The notes beneath the pieces are model-generated. The model searched no databases. It was given only the letters and a program-made list of their open reading frames with translations, and was not told the DNA's origin. The position numbers and the translations under genes were made by a program. DNA of 37,168 nucleotides from a virus (taxonomy: Duplodnaviria > Caudoviricetes). The number at the start of each line of letters is the position of its first letter. The stretch's first letter is position 1. The DNA lies in the IMG/VR virus record IMGVR_UViG_3300005931_000036, positions 1 through 37,168 of that record; one strand, 5' to 3'. This document shows positions 9,268 to 18,526 of this stretch, in pieces.

Positions 9268-9579
9268 TTATATCCTTTTATCATTTTTTATAATAACCTC
9301 AATATGAGTATATCCAAGTTTGTTCGCTTGTGTCACTCTTTGACTACCTTTTAAAACACTATACTCTTTTTCAATATATGGTTGACCTGTTGCACCAAAT
9401 CTATTCTTTTGTTTAGTATGTTTAAAGACTTCAATTGGATTATCCATAATATCTTTTATATTTTCAACACCGTCTGTTAATTTAGGGTTATACTTTTCGT
9501 AATAAGTATTATAAGTTAAATCACTTATCGCTAGTATTGTCTTCTTTTGGTGTGATGTTTTTGCTTTCAATATTTTCAT
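9268..9579 (-). CDS. Hypothetical protein, ParB/sulfiredoxin-like domain
   Basis: 103 aa; NPIEV...YSVLKGSQRVTQANKLGYTHIEVII resembles the ParB N-terminal pattern PIxV...YxIxxGxxRxxAxxxLG; overlaps gp16 by 59 nt. Confidence 0.6.
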   Translation of the reverse strand: MKILKAKTSHQKKTILAISDLTYNTYYEKYNPKLTDGVENIKDIMDNPIEVFKHTKQKNRFGATGQPYIEKEYSVLKGSQRVTQANKLGYTHIEVIIKNDKRI

Positions 9580-9997
9580 CTTTTTTTAACATCTTTTGTA
9601 ATTCAGCTGTTGATCCTACAAACAATGCGTTTTGTATTTTTGGATTAACGCCTTTTGGTAATTCTTTTAAATCTTTTAATTTTTTTTGTAGGTCTTGTAG
9701 TTTATCTACTGTTTGTCCTACTTGTCCTATAAGTTGACCAGCAACTTCATATGCTCTAGGGTGTTGTCCTTCTTTAGCTATATCTAATATACCTTGAATA
9801 GCCTCATTACCTTTATCAATTAAATTGTAATAACTATCTCTACTATAATTGTAATCGTTATCAATATCTTTTTTTTCATCACCTTCTTTACGAATTACAG
9901 GAGAGTTAAATTCTTGTTTAACTATTAACTTTTCATGCTCCTCTGGACCACTACCTATTCCTAATATATCATTTACCTTGTCTTCTAATTTAGTCAT
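9521..9997 (-). CDS. gp16: Terminase small subunit
   Basis: 158 aa with DYNYSR..YYNLIDKG, HPRAYEVAGQLI and NALFVGSTAELQKML motifs. Confidence 0.95.
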   Translation of the reverse strand: MTKLEDKVNDILGIGSGPEEHEKLIVKQEFNSPVIRKEGDEKKDIDNDYNYSRDSYYNLIDKGNEAIQGILDIAKEGQHPRAYEVAGQLIGQVGQTVDKLQDLQKKLKDLKELPKGVNPKIQNALFVGSTAELQKMLKKDENIESKNITPKEDNTSDK

Positions 9998-10001
9998 ACT
10001 A

Positions 10002-10583
10002 CTATTTATGGGTTTGATTTACACTCATATTCAACCAACCAGTTGCTATGTACTTTTCTTGTGTTGTAGATACTACACCTCTGTGAGTATGTGTCCACTC
10101 TGCTGGCCACATAACTGTTAGACCTTTTTTAGCTTCAACTTTATATTTTTGGTACAACCATTCTGTTCCAGCATTATCTAAATCATTTAAGTATGTCATG
10201 TAAACAATAACTCTACTTAACTCATCAAACATATAAGAGTTTCTTTCGTAATGCCAACTTTTATATCCACCACCAATTGGATAGTGCTGTATGTTCATTG
10301 GTAATTTTAATTGTAAAGGCATATTACAAAACTCATATTTTTTTCTATATTGCTCTACACCTATTGATATAACTTCATTATGGTATCTTACCACAGATGG
10401 ATCTTTAGAATATGTTGGAACAACAACATCAATAGAATCTTTTATAGACTTATCAATTCTAGTGTGTTTACCAGAACCGGTATAACCAAAGTCTTTTGTT
10501 TCTGTATTGTTTTTATGATACTCTATTAATGCGTCACAGATAGAGTCATCTTGGACTTGAAATGTATGTATAAAATTTTCCAT
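10002..10583 (-). CDS. 2OG-Fe(II) oxygenase (prolyl-4-hydroxylase-like fold)
   Basis: 193 aa; WHYE (HxE), YMTYLND, WPAEWTHTHRG and KYIATGW. Confidence 0.9.
   Translation of the reverse strand: MENFIHTFQVQDDSICDALIEYHKNNTETKDFGYTGSGKHTRIDKSIKDSIDVVVPTYSKDPSVVRYHNEVISIGVEQYRKKYEFCNMPLQLKLPMNIQHYPIGGGYKSWHYERNSYMFDELSRVIVYMTYLNDLDNAGTEWLYQKYKVEAKKGLTVMWPAEWTHTHRGVVSTTQEKYIATGWLNMSVNQTHK
10003..10010 (-). promoter_or_regulatory. Variant late promoter CATAAATA (gp16)
   Basis: Overlaps the oxygenase stop codon; 5 nt upstream of the gp16 ATG. Confidence 0.65.
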
Positions 10584-10597
10584 AATGTAATATAATC

Positions 10598-10605
10598 TAT
10601 TTATT
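10598..10605 (-). promoter_or_regulatory. Variant late promoter AATAAATA (oxygenase 10002..10583)
   Basis: Overlaps the gp15 stop codon, 14 nt upstream of the ATG; could be chance in AT-rich DNA. Confidence 0.5.
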
Positions 10606-11407
10606 CGTCAGTATCTGTATCAGGATTGTATTTCTTACCGTCTGTGTGAGCTGTTATTGTTGTTGTAAATCCAAAATCATCATCAGCGTCAGCGCTAGTA
10701 GGATTAGGTACAGTAATAATTCTTGTTTCTCTTGCTTTAGAGTTTACATCTGTATTAGAATATATGTCAGCTTGTGTTTCTTTAATGACTTTTTGAGTAT
10801 TCGCTGGACCAAATAAGTATGTCTTCGCTGTAAATCCTAAAGTATAAACTACAGCTCTTCTCGCTGAGAAGTCACCATTATAACTATCTTCGTAATTAAC
10901 ATTATTTAAAACAATAGGAACATCTCTTTTAATATCTAATTCAGGTATCGCATTTACAGTCACAGTATAGTCTGGTTGAAAGAAAGGTAAAATTTGTTCT
11001 ATAATTTGTAATCCACCTTCAGCTGTTGCCGTAAATGAATATAAGTTGTATGATATATTATAAGGAACTGGAGTATAATTATAATTTAATACTTTACCAT
11101 CTGCACTTGTCTTAACAGTTTTGTACTTCTGCATCCTTGATAGTTTACGACTACCATCATATTCAATTCCAGTAATCTCAAAACCCATACGAGGTAAAGT
11201 AATCGCAAATTCTCTATTGTCTAAATCAGGTTGTTGATCTAATCTAACTAAAAACTTTTCTTTAGGAGCATAAGCTAAAGGAACTTGAATACTTTGTACT
11301 GTAGTACCACTAGAGTCTTTTCTTTTAATCTGTATGTTATTGAATATTTGACCAAAGGCAATGGTCATTCTTCTCATACTTTCGTTGTAAAAATATTTTC
11401 CAAACAT
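10601..11407 (-). CDS. gp15: Tail sheath stabiliser / tail terminator
   Basis: 268 aa; YFYNES.RR..IAFG.IFNNI, VPLAYAPKEKF, LPRMGFE and QIIEQILPFFQP. Confidence 0.95.
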   Translation of the reverse strand: MFGKYFYNESMRRMTIAFGQIFNNIQIKRKDSSGTTVQSIQVPLAYAPKEKFLVRLDQQPDLDNREFAITLPRMGFEITGIEYDGSRKLSRMQKYKTVKTSADGKVLNYNYTPVPYNISYNLYSFTATAEGGLQIIEQILPFFQPDYTVTVNAIPELDIKRDVPIVLNNVNYEDSYNGDFSARRAVVYTLGFTAKTYLFGPANTQKVIKETQADIYSNTDVNSKARETRIITVPNPTSADADDDFGFTTTITAHTDGKKYNPDTDTDE

Positions 11408-12205
11408 TTAAAAATCCACATCTCCGAACGGGTTTCGTTCTGTAAAGTCTAATATATCATCTGCAGTTGACGCTGTGTCAAAACCAGCAGCACTATCTAA
11501 ATCTAAATTATCAGCATAAGGCGATTGAGTTTGTAAAGCGTAATCTTCATTAATAAAGTAATTAGATTCTCCATCAGCACTATCGTTCTCTAATAACAAT
11601 GCACCTGTTCCACCATCTGTTGCTGTTTCTAAACTAACTTGATGTTGTAATTGATCTAAAGTGTATTTGTCTTCAGCCGCATCTATTCCATCAACGCCTG
11701 TATTTAATTCTTCAGAACTGTATTCCCATCTAGTACATACTAGTTTATAAACAGGTAAATTTCCTAATTGAAAGAAAGGCTCTTGGTCTTGTACAAATTT
11801 AATTTCAAAAAAACTATTCATCAAAGGCATATAAATTATATCGCCTTCGTTTGGTCTTCCTTCAGCAATCAATGTAGCTTTTTCATCTACTGCATCGTTA
11901 AATCTTCTTTTCGCAACCATAAAGGTTGTATCTTCTCTAATCTCTAAACCAAACTTATTAACTATCTCTTGTTCACCAGCAAAACCTTCAGTAGTTTCCA
12001 TATACATTTCAAGTAAAAGTGCAGATGAAAATTTAGACAGCATATCTTCGCCTAAAATTAAATCTCTATTTACTAGTGTTCGTGGTAAGTAATAACAATC
12101 TTGGCCGTAGATTTTTAGGCCTTCTATGATTAAGTCTTCGTATAATCTTTGTTCTTCGGTAGAACCTATGCCTTTGCCAGCTTGAAAATAATGATTGACT
12201 GCCAT
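11408..12205 (-). CDS. gp14: Neck protein gp14
   Basis: 265 aa; EQRLYEDLIIE, YYLPR, RPNEGDIIY, EPFFQLG and DILDFTERNPFG. Confidence 0.95.
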   Translation of the reverse strand: MAVNHYFQAGKGIGSTEEQRLYEDLIIEGLKIYGQDCYYLPRTLVNRDLILGEDMLSKFSSALLLEMYMETTEGFAGEQEIVNKFGLEIREDTTFMVAKRRFNDAVDEKATLIAEGRPNEGDIIYMPLMNSFFEIKFVQDQEPFFQLGNLPVYKLVCTRWEYSSEELNTGVDGIDAAEDKYTLDQLQHQVSLETATDGGTGALLLENDSADGESNYFINEDYALQTQSPYADNLDLDSAAGFDTASTADDILDFTERNPFGDVDF

Positions 12206-12209
12206 GGCA

Positions 12210-13019
12210 TTATCCTATCATCATTGCTGGGTTTAATTCGTAAGTTGTTCTTAATTCTGTTTCTAATTTATCAATATCTGCTAAAGCTTCTGAATATATT
12301 TGACCACCATTTAAAGAAACTCCACCAATCATTGCTACTCCATTAAATTTAGACAAGTTAGCGCCCCATTGTTTTTTGAATAATGCAGTCACATATCTTT
12401 TTAAATATAAGTCATTATATACATCTGTGAAAGTATCAGGATCTAATTTTCTATAACATTCTATAACTAGATATTCACCAATTTGTAAATCGTTTTTCCA
12501 ATCCATATCAATGTATAGTCTATTATCGTGTTGATTAAATCTCATAGGTTTTTCACCAACAAGTATATGGTCTAGGAAATCCAACTGTCTCATAACTACA
12601 TCAAAGTTAATTATAGAAGTTGAAGAAAAATCATAAAGGTCGTTTAATCTCATTTGGTATCTAACATCAAATAAGTTTAAATTGCCTTTACTTGAAAATG
12701 GTAATACATTAATTACCGATACAACACTTTCAGGTACAACGATAAATCCTTGTCCTTCTTTCCAAGTTGAAGTAATTGAATTTTTAGTAGTTGATTCAGA
12801 AGAAGCATCTACTGTCATTCTATTATAATCTTCTTGTGTATATTGATATTTTAGATATGTTCTTCTTATAGCATCATAATGATATTGTGTAAAATATTGT
12901 AATGCTTCGTCAATTCTATCTTCTAATTGATCATCATCAGCGTTAATTTCAATCACAGGTTTCCCTAGTGCTCTTAACGCATATTGTTTTAACGATTCTC
13001 TTGTTGCTGGTTGTGCCAT
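12210..13019 (-). CDS. gp13: Neck protein gp13
   Basis: 269 aa; LRALGKPVIEIN, QLEDRIDEALQYF and KKQWGANLSKF. Confidence 0.95.
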   Translation of the reverse strand: MAQPATRESLKQYALRALGKPVIEINADDDQLEDRIDEALQYFTQYHYDAIRRTYLKYQYTQEDYNRMTVDASSESTTKNSITSTWKEGQGFIVVPESVVSVINVLPFSSKGNLNLFDVRYQMRLNDLYDFSSTSIINFDVVMRQLDFLDHILVGEKPMRFNQHDNRLYIDMDWKNDLQIGEYLVIECYRKLDPDTFTDVYNDLYLKRYVTALFKKQWGANLSKFNGVAMIGGVSLNGGQIYSEALADIDKLETELRTTYELNPAMMIG

Positions 13020-13045
13020 TTATTTTCCCTTATTCTACTGGAGAA

Positions 13046-13053
13046 TATTTATA
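13046..13053 (-). promoter_or_regulatory. T4-type late promoter (gp13)
   Basis: TATAAATA intergenic. Confidence 0.88.
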
Positions 13054-13056
13054 ATA

Positions 13057-13836
13057 CTAACCTAATGCAATAGCTTGCGCTATGGCGAAAGATTGTACAG
13101 CTAAACCTGCTACTAATGCTGATCTACTAATCTTTTTAAGACCACCACCTGAAGTATCTATTGCCAGTAATACATCATCAGTCGCTACTGAAGTAATTTC
13201 TGCTAATGCACTTACAGCTTTAGAACTAAATTTACTACCGTCAGCTACCATGATATTACCAGATGTGTTTGTTCCTAGTACAATATCATTGCTTGATTGA
13301 GTTAATCCACCTGTAATACTTAAACTCTCACCCATTTCAATAACTGTTGAGTCTGCTGATGTAATAGTATTTCCAGTTATAGTAATACCACCAGCTGTTA
13401 AACTTGTTATACCTGTAATTGAAGAACTAGCAAAAGTAATTGCGCTTGTAGGTATATTTGAAAGAGTATTAGAAGCACCACTTATAGTTTTGTTTGTAAG
13501 TGTGGCAGTTGTATCTTTGATAGCAGTCTGTATTTGAGCTAATGTTGCTCTTCCCTCACTACCACCATCTGAAACCATAAATTGGTCACCTGATACTAAT
13601 GTTGCTGCGGTTAAATTTGTTGCTGTATCAATATTAATGATTGCTTCAACTGCGCCAAATTCTAACGCACTAGCACCACTATTTACTTTTAATACTTGTC
13701 CTGCTGAACCGATAGCCAAAGAAACACCTATACCTCCGTGTGTTAAAGGTATAAATTCACCTGTTTGGTATTCTGCTAGACCAGTGGCATTACCACCGTC
13801 ATCAAATACGGTTCTTACTGGTACTTTTGAACTCAT
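13057..13836 (-). CDS. Virion fibre segment ending in FAIAQAIALG
   Basis: 259 aa S/T/G/A-rich; GQVLKVNSG and TLTNKTI fibre motifs; own SD and late promoter. Confidence 0.75.
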   Translation of the reverse strand: MSSKVPVRTVFDDGGNATGLAEYQTGEFIPLTHGGIGVSLAIGSAGQVLKVNSGASALEFGAVEAIINIDTATNLTAATLVSGDQFMVSDGGSEGRATLAQIQTAIKDTTATLTNKTISGASNTLSNIPTSAITFASSSITGITSLTAGGITITGNTITSADSTVIEMGESLSITGGLTQSSNDIVLGTNTSGNIMVADGSKFSSKAVSALAEITSVATDDVLLAIDTSGGGLKKISRSALVAGLAVQSFAIAQAIALG

Positions 13837-13854
13837 TTTATTCTCCTATTAAAC

Positions 13855-13862
13855 TATTTATA
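13855..13862 (-). promoter_or_regulatory. T4-type late promoter
   Basis: TATAAATA 18 nt upstream of the ATG at 13836. Confidence 0.88.
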
Positions 13863-13873
13863 TGTATTTTTTA

Positions 13874-15343
13874 TTAGAAACTAAACAATTCAAATTTTGC
13901 TTGTGTCGTTCCGTTTGCCTTTTTAAATGATGTAAATACTGATGCATTTGAAGACCCTGCTGCCATTGTAAATGTAGTGGCCGCTGTACTCAAACCTCCA
14001 GCTTGTGTGAATAGTTGTACATCTTTTGTAGATACACCCACAGAGTTTGACTTCGCTATTCTATCATTACCTAATTTTGAACCAGCAGGTAAAGTCACTC
14101 CTGTTGAAGAAATCAATATCTGTCCTGTTCCATCACCCGAAATTGTTGCTCCAGCCAAGTCAATCGTATTACCTGACAAGTAAATATCACGCCATCTTCT
14201 GTTAGGTGATCCTAAATCATAAGTTAATGTTGTTAATGGTTCTAAATTTGAAATAAATCTTGCTGTGACATTGATTGTATCTTCTGTTGAATCTCCAGTA
14301 TTGACACCAATAACTGTATCACCTTTTAATGTAGTATCATTTGAAACTTCTAATGTTGAACCAGCAACATATACATTTTGAAAATAACCATTTCTAAAAT
14401 TCTTAGCTGATGAACCAATATCTCTACTATTGTTTGTATCAGGTATAATATTTTGATCTACTGCTGATAGGTCACTAGCAACTTCACCGAAGTCATATTG
14501 TTTTGTTGACGCATTATATTTTAAAGCGAAACCATCTGCTTGACTTGAAATATCCACATCGTCCATGTTAGATATTTTGGTACTACCACCACCACCTAGA
14601 GATTGTAATTGTAAAGTTGTTAATTGTTTAAATCTACTAAATTCTGATGTTAGTTTTTCTATATTAGTATCACCTGACACAATATCCTCTTTGATTGATT
14701 GTGCGTGTTTAGTCAATTCTTTTACAACATCATCTTTGTTTGTAATTTCTACATTAGCAGTATCAGCAATTCTATCTTGTTGTAAACTTCTTATAGGTGT
14801 TGTTTCAGTATTGATAACTTGTTTAACATTGTTTATTAAATCTTCAGATACTAGATTTGTTGTAGATTTTGATTTAATAAATTTAGTAAAGTCATTCTCA
14901 GTAATATTAGTTTTGACAATTTCTTCTTTTTGATATGTACTAACAGCACTTGTTAAGTCTTTTAGTGTGTCTAATAATTTGTTTTCATCAATAGTAGCTT
15001 TAGTTTTATCTTTAACAACATTATCAAACTTAGGCAAATCAAATAATGCTTTAAGTTTTTCTTGTTTTTGTTGTTCTGATAGTATTGCTACTTCTAGTGA
15101 TTTTTTCTCTTTCGCTAATTCTTGTAGTTGATTATCTTGTTCTTTACTTACAGCTAATTCTAATTCTTTCTTTTCTGCTAAGAGAGTTGTATATTCTGAA
15201 TCTTGTTGAGCTTTTACTTCTTCTTGTAATTTATTTTTTTCTTTGATTAACTCTAATATCTCTTTATCTTGTTCTTCAGATTTGATAGTATTATCATAAT
15301 TACCTGCAAGTTGATTAAAAAACTTTTCTAAATCTTTTGTCAT
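13874..15343 (-). CDS. Bipartite protein: N-terminal charged coiled coil plus C-terminal fibre-like beta repeats
   Basis: 489 aa; E/K/Q-rich first half, LQSLGGGG hinge, two repeats (IIPDTNNSRDIGSSAKNFRNGY and LEPLTTLTYDLGSPNRRWRDIY) typical of phage fibres. Confidence 0.75.
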   Translation of the reverse strand: MTKDLEKFFNQLAGNYDNTIKSEEQDKEILELIKEKNKLQEEVKAQQDSEYTTLLAEKKELELAVSKEQDNQLQELAKEKKSLEVAILSEQQKQEKLKALFDLPKFDNVVKDKTKATIDENKLLDTLKDLTSAVSTYQKEEIVKTNITENDFTKFIKSKSTTNLVSEDLINNVKQVINTETTPIRSLQQDRIADTANVEITNKDDVVKELTKHAQSIKEDIVSGDTNIEKLTSEFSRFKQLTTLQLQSLGGGGSTKISNMDDVDISSQADGFALKYNASTKQYDFGEVASDLSAVDQNIIPDTNNSRDIGSSAKNFRNGYFQNVYVAGSTLEVSNDTTLKGDTVIGVNTGDSTEDTINVTARFISNLEPLTTLTYDLGSPNRRWRDIYLSGNTIDLAGATISGDGTGQILISSTGVTLPAGSKLGNDRIAKSNSVGVSTKDVQLFTQAGGLSTAATTFTMAAGSSNASVFTSFKKANGTTQAKFELFSF

Positions 15344-15693
15344 TAGAATTTTGTCACCTCTGGATTAATAGTAATAATACCATTGTGTACTTTTTCAATA
15401 GTGGAGTCTGCCAATATTAATTCTACATCATATACATAACGACCTGCGTCTATCGCAGCAGTTATAGTATCTGTAAGTGTTAATTTGTAAGTACCAGCAG
15501 TACCTGAAACTATTGAACAAATAAATGTGGCAGTTCTTGTAGATGAAGAAAAACCTTTTCTCATTTGAGCTTGTATGGTTAAACCACTAATATCGTATGC
15601 TGTAGATCCATCGGTTGTGATTGTTAGTGTTCTACTAAAATCTGCGCCTTGATCTATTACAAAATTTTCTGCTGTTTTTTGTGTGATTGCCAT
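15343..15693 (-). CDS. Small virion adaptor protein (BppU N-terminal-like beta sandwich)
   Basis: 116 aa; IDQGADFS, AQMRK, T.AIDAGRYVYDV and G.ITINPEVT pattern common in T4-like aquatic phages. Confidence 0.7.
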   Translation of the reverse strand: MAITQKTAENFVIDQGADFSRTLTITTDGSTAYDISGLTIQAQMRKGFSSSTRTATFICSIVSGTAGTYKLTLTDTITAAIDAGRYVYDVELILADSTIEKVHNGIITINPEVTKF

Positions 15694-15714
15694 TGTTCTC
15701 TCTCGTTATTAGTA

Positions 15715-15722
15715 TATTTATG
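15715..15722 (-). promoter_or_regulatory. Variant late promoter CATAAATA
   Basis: Intergenic, 21 nt upstream of the ATG at 15693. Confidence 0.65.
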
Positions 15723-15741
15723 TATTTTATATTGTACATTT

Positions 15742-16362
15742 TTATTTAATTGATAAAGAATACTCCATTTTTCCTAAGTCCCCTTTAATAAAAGCGTTGA
15801 AAGCTAGTGAATATCTACAATCATTATTCATATTTTTTGTCACAGAATGGTTTAAATGAGATGGAAATAATAATATATCACCAGCTTTTACTTTAACTGC
15901 AACTACTTCACTATTAATCATATTGTCTTCTGTGTATTCAAACCTTAACATCTCAGGAAAAGCAGATTTGTTAAAGTGTTGATGGAACTTAATGTCACCA
16001 GAGTCTTTAGGGGTTTTTAAGTAATATACTCCACTTACTAAAGAATTAGCATGATAGTGCATACCTGACCAATCACCCTTATTGTGTTTTACTAACCAAG
16101 ATGTAGTAAAATAAAATTTAGTACGCTCATCTACTTTTAACCAATCTCTTACATAATTATTTAAATGATCTTCTATATCATTCTTTAAATCCGTTTGTTC
16201 TAATATGTTTCTATCTTTTGATATATCACCATTATCAGTTTCCATTCTTTCAAATTTAGTAGTATTACAGAAATCTAACCACTTGTCTTTTACTTCAATC
16301 GTAGATTGGTAAATAGGAGTTGGCCACGCCTCATGTTTACTGTAAGCTATTGGTGTACTCAT
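15742..16362 (-). CDS. 2OG-Fe(II) oxygenase, TIGR02466-like (HxH type)
   Basis: 206 aa; WPTPIY, HYHANSLVSGVYY, LFPSHLNHSV and RYSLAFN. Confidence 0.9.
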   Translation of the reverse strand: MSTPIAYSKHEAWPTPIYQSTIEVKDKWLDFCNTTKFERMETDNGDISKDRNILEQTDLKNDIEDHLNNYVRDWLKVDERTKFYFTTSWLVKHNKGDWSGMHYHANSLVSGVYYLKTPKDSGDIKFHQHFNKSAFPEMLRFEYTEDNMINSEVVAVKVKAGDILLFPSHLNHSVTKNMNNDCRYSLAFNAFIKGDLGKMEYSLSIK

Positions 16363-17030
16363 CTTGTAGGTTGTCCATAGTAGAAATGAGTTATTGTAAA
16401 CTTACCACTGCTACCATTATCTTGTTGATTAAATTTTAACGCATTAGATTTATGTAAAAACATTGATGGAAACAAAACTGCTCTATTATGTTTTAGTTTA
16501 ATTGTTGTATTTGATTCTTCAAACTCTAAATCACCACCTTCAAATGATTTTGGTTCTTTTACAAACCAAATTAAATTTGTCCAATGATAAGAGTCATGGT
16601 GAGAATTGTAGTAATCACTATTATTATAATATGATACAAAAGAAGTAATAGCATTTGATGAAAAAAATGATCTACCATAATGACCACAATCATTTATCTT
16701 ATGATGTAATTCTAACATCTTTTGTTTATATGTACAATTTAAGATATTAGATTGGTTTCTACTTTCATCTCTATAAATCTTGTCTAGGTAATATCTATTA
16801 TGTTTTCCTTTAGACTCTCCATTAGCCTCTTTGGCTACAATACCATCTTCAGCTTTGTCAATTGGATTACTAGCATAATATTCTAATTCTTTCCAAATAC
16901 CTTGTTCTTCTTCAGGTGTATACCAGTTGTCTACCAGAACAAATGGAAACATTGGATTATCTTTTATTGTTCTTATTTCCCAACTTTGTTTAATATCTTT
17001 TATATCATCTTTAAAATTAATACTAATCAT
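16359..17030 (-). CDS. 2OG-Fe(II) oxygenase
   Basis: 223 aa; YYNSHHD, FEGGDLEF and LFPSMFLH. Confidence 0.88.
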   Translation of the reverse strand: MISINFKDDIKDIKQSWEIRTIKDNPMFPFVLVDNWYTPEEEQGIWKELEYYASNPIDKAEDGIVAKEANGESKGKHNRYYLDKIYRDESRNQSNILNCTYKQKMLELHHKINDCGHYGRSFFSSNAITSFVSYYNNSDYYNSHHDSYHWTNLIWFVKEPKSFEGGDLEFEESNTTIKLKHNRAVLFPSMFLHKSNALKFNQQDNGSSGKFTITHFYYGQPTR

Positions 17031-17769
17031 AAACTATTTTATCAGTTTTCTTTTTATCATGTTCAAGTGTATATTTTTTCTTTAGAGTAAATATGTCTTT
17101 TGGTAATCCTATAAAAGGTCTTTTATCATAAGTTATATTGTTCTTACCTTCTCTCTCATTATAGTGTAGAAAGACTTGAGCGTGATTATTAGCAGGTAAA
17201 GGTTCTCTCCAATGTTCTACTTCACACCCTCTATATATTATCAAATCTCCTGGACTTAAATGTACTGCTGCTCCTGGAGTACCAATATCTCCATCTTTAG
17301 GACCAACAAACATAGGCCAATTCCAGTTTTTTTCTTTTAAGTTTTCATTGTCATAACCTAAACACATTGTAGTTGATATTTCACAACTAGGTCTATCTTT
17401 ATGTCTAGTTAATTCTGTTCCTTTTGTATAAAGTCTATGATATGAATAAGTAGGAGTTAGTTTTAATCCACAAGCATGTTCTATTTTATGAGTTATTAAA
17501 ATCATTAATGTATCAAAAAACATATCCCCATATTTACTAAAATCACCTGGCGCTTGCTTATCTGTAAATGTACCCCATACTTCTTTATCATAATTACCAT
17601 AACCCAACTGTTCATCTAATAGAGTTAATCTTGTACATTCAAATTTAACATAGTTATAGCAAAAAGTTGCCATATCTTTATCAATTACTTTTTCTAATTT
17701 AACCCAACCATGTTCTTTAAAAAATTCTGCTGCTGATGTATTCATAATTTTATCTAAATGGTTTACCAC
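17023..17769 (-). CDS. 2OG-Fe(II) oxygenase-like protein (HxDRxxCE type)
   Basis: 248 aa (true start may be the ATG at 17745); PTYSY.RLY, LTRHKDRPSCEIS, YRGCEVEHWRE and QVFLHY. Confidence 0.82.
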   Translation of the reverse strand: MVNHLDKIMNTSAAEFFKEHGWVKLEKVIDKDMATFCYNYVKFECTRLTLLDEQLGYGNYDKEVWGTFTDKQAPGDFSKYGDMFFDTLMILITHKIEHACGLKLTPTYSYHRLYTKGTELTRHKDRPSCEISTTMCLGYDNENLKEKNWNWPMFVGPKDGDIGTPGAAVHLSPGDLIIYRGCEVEHWREPLPANNHAQVFLHYNEREGKNNITYDKRPFIGLPKDIFTLKKKYTLEHDKKKTDKIVYD

Positions 17770-18517
17770 ATAGCCATAATACTAATGAATATCTGGTACC
17801 TCTTGTTATAGGTGTGACTTGATGATATGTAAAAGATGGAAAAAATATTATAGAACCTTGAGGTCTTATCTCTATACACTCATGGAATCTTTTTCCTCCA
17901 GCATGTGGACCAAAATCAAATTTTAAATTACCACCATCGTAAGATCCTGCCTCATTCAAATTAATTGTCATAGATATTTTTCTAACTTTACCTACTAAAT
18001 TTTCATTGGGTGTGTAAGTTGGTGGCCACTTACCGTCTTTATCAGTTGGTGTGACACCTGGTACATATCTTTTATATGCTCTATGATTACAACCACCGCC
18101 GTCTGAATGCCAACCATAAAACTGATTTAATCCATACTTTGTAAATTGTATATCTTCACCAAAATCTATATCATACTTCCAGCCAGATTTTTCATTAGCT
18201 TCTATTAAGTATGGCCATATCAAATCATAAACCCATTGGTCATTAAACCAAGAAGTTTCACTATCTCTTACATATGAGTGTTTTTCAGTATCTTCAACAC
18301 CAGTTTCTTTATAGAGTTGCTCGTGCGTCTTATCGCCTAATGGAATCCCACCAGAATCATCACCTTGTTTGTGATTATTGCCTAATGTAGTGGCTGCTGT
18401 AGATAAGCCTTTTGACTTTTTATTAATGAGTAAGGATTCACCATAATCAATAATTTTTTTACATTGATCAGGCGAAAGTGCGCTTTTAAAAAAGTAATAT
18501 GAATTACTAGGTTGCAT
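17750..18517 (-). CDS. 2OG-Fe(II) oxygenase, PKHD/prolyl-hydroxylase-like
   Basis: 255 aa; QFTKY, YGWHSD, RKISMTINL, YDGGNL and FPSFTYHQVTPITRGTRYSLVLW. Confidence 0.92.
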   Translation of the reverse strand: MQPSNSYYFFKSALSPDQCKKIIDYGESLLINKKSKGLSTAATTLGNNHKQGDDSGGIPLGDKTHEQLYKETGVEDTEKHSYVRDSETSWFNDQWVYDLIWPYLIEANEKSGWKYDIDFGEDIQFTKYGLNQFYGWHSDGGGCNHRAYKRYVPGVTPTDKDGKWPPTYTPNENLVGKVRKISMTINLNEAGSYDGGNLKFDFGPHAGGKRFHECIEIRPQGSIIFFPSFTYHQVTPITRGTRYSLVLWLCGKPFR

Positions 18518-18526
18518 AATATAATA

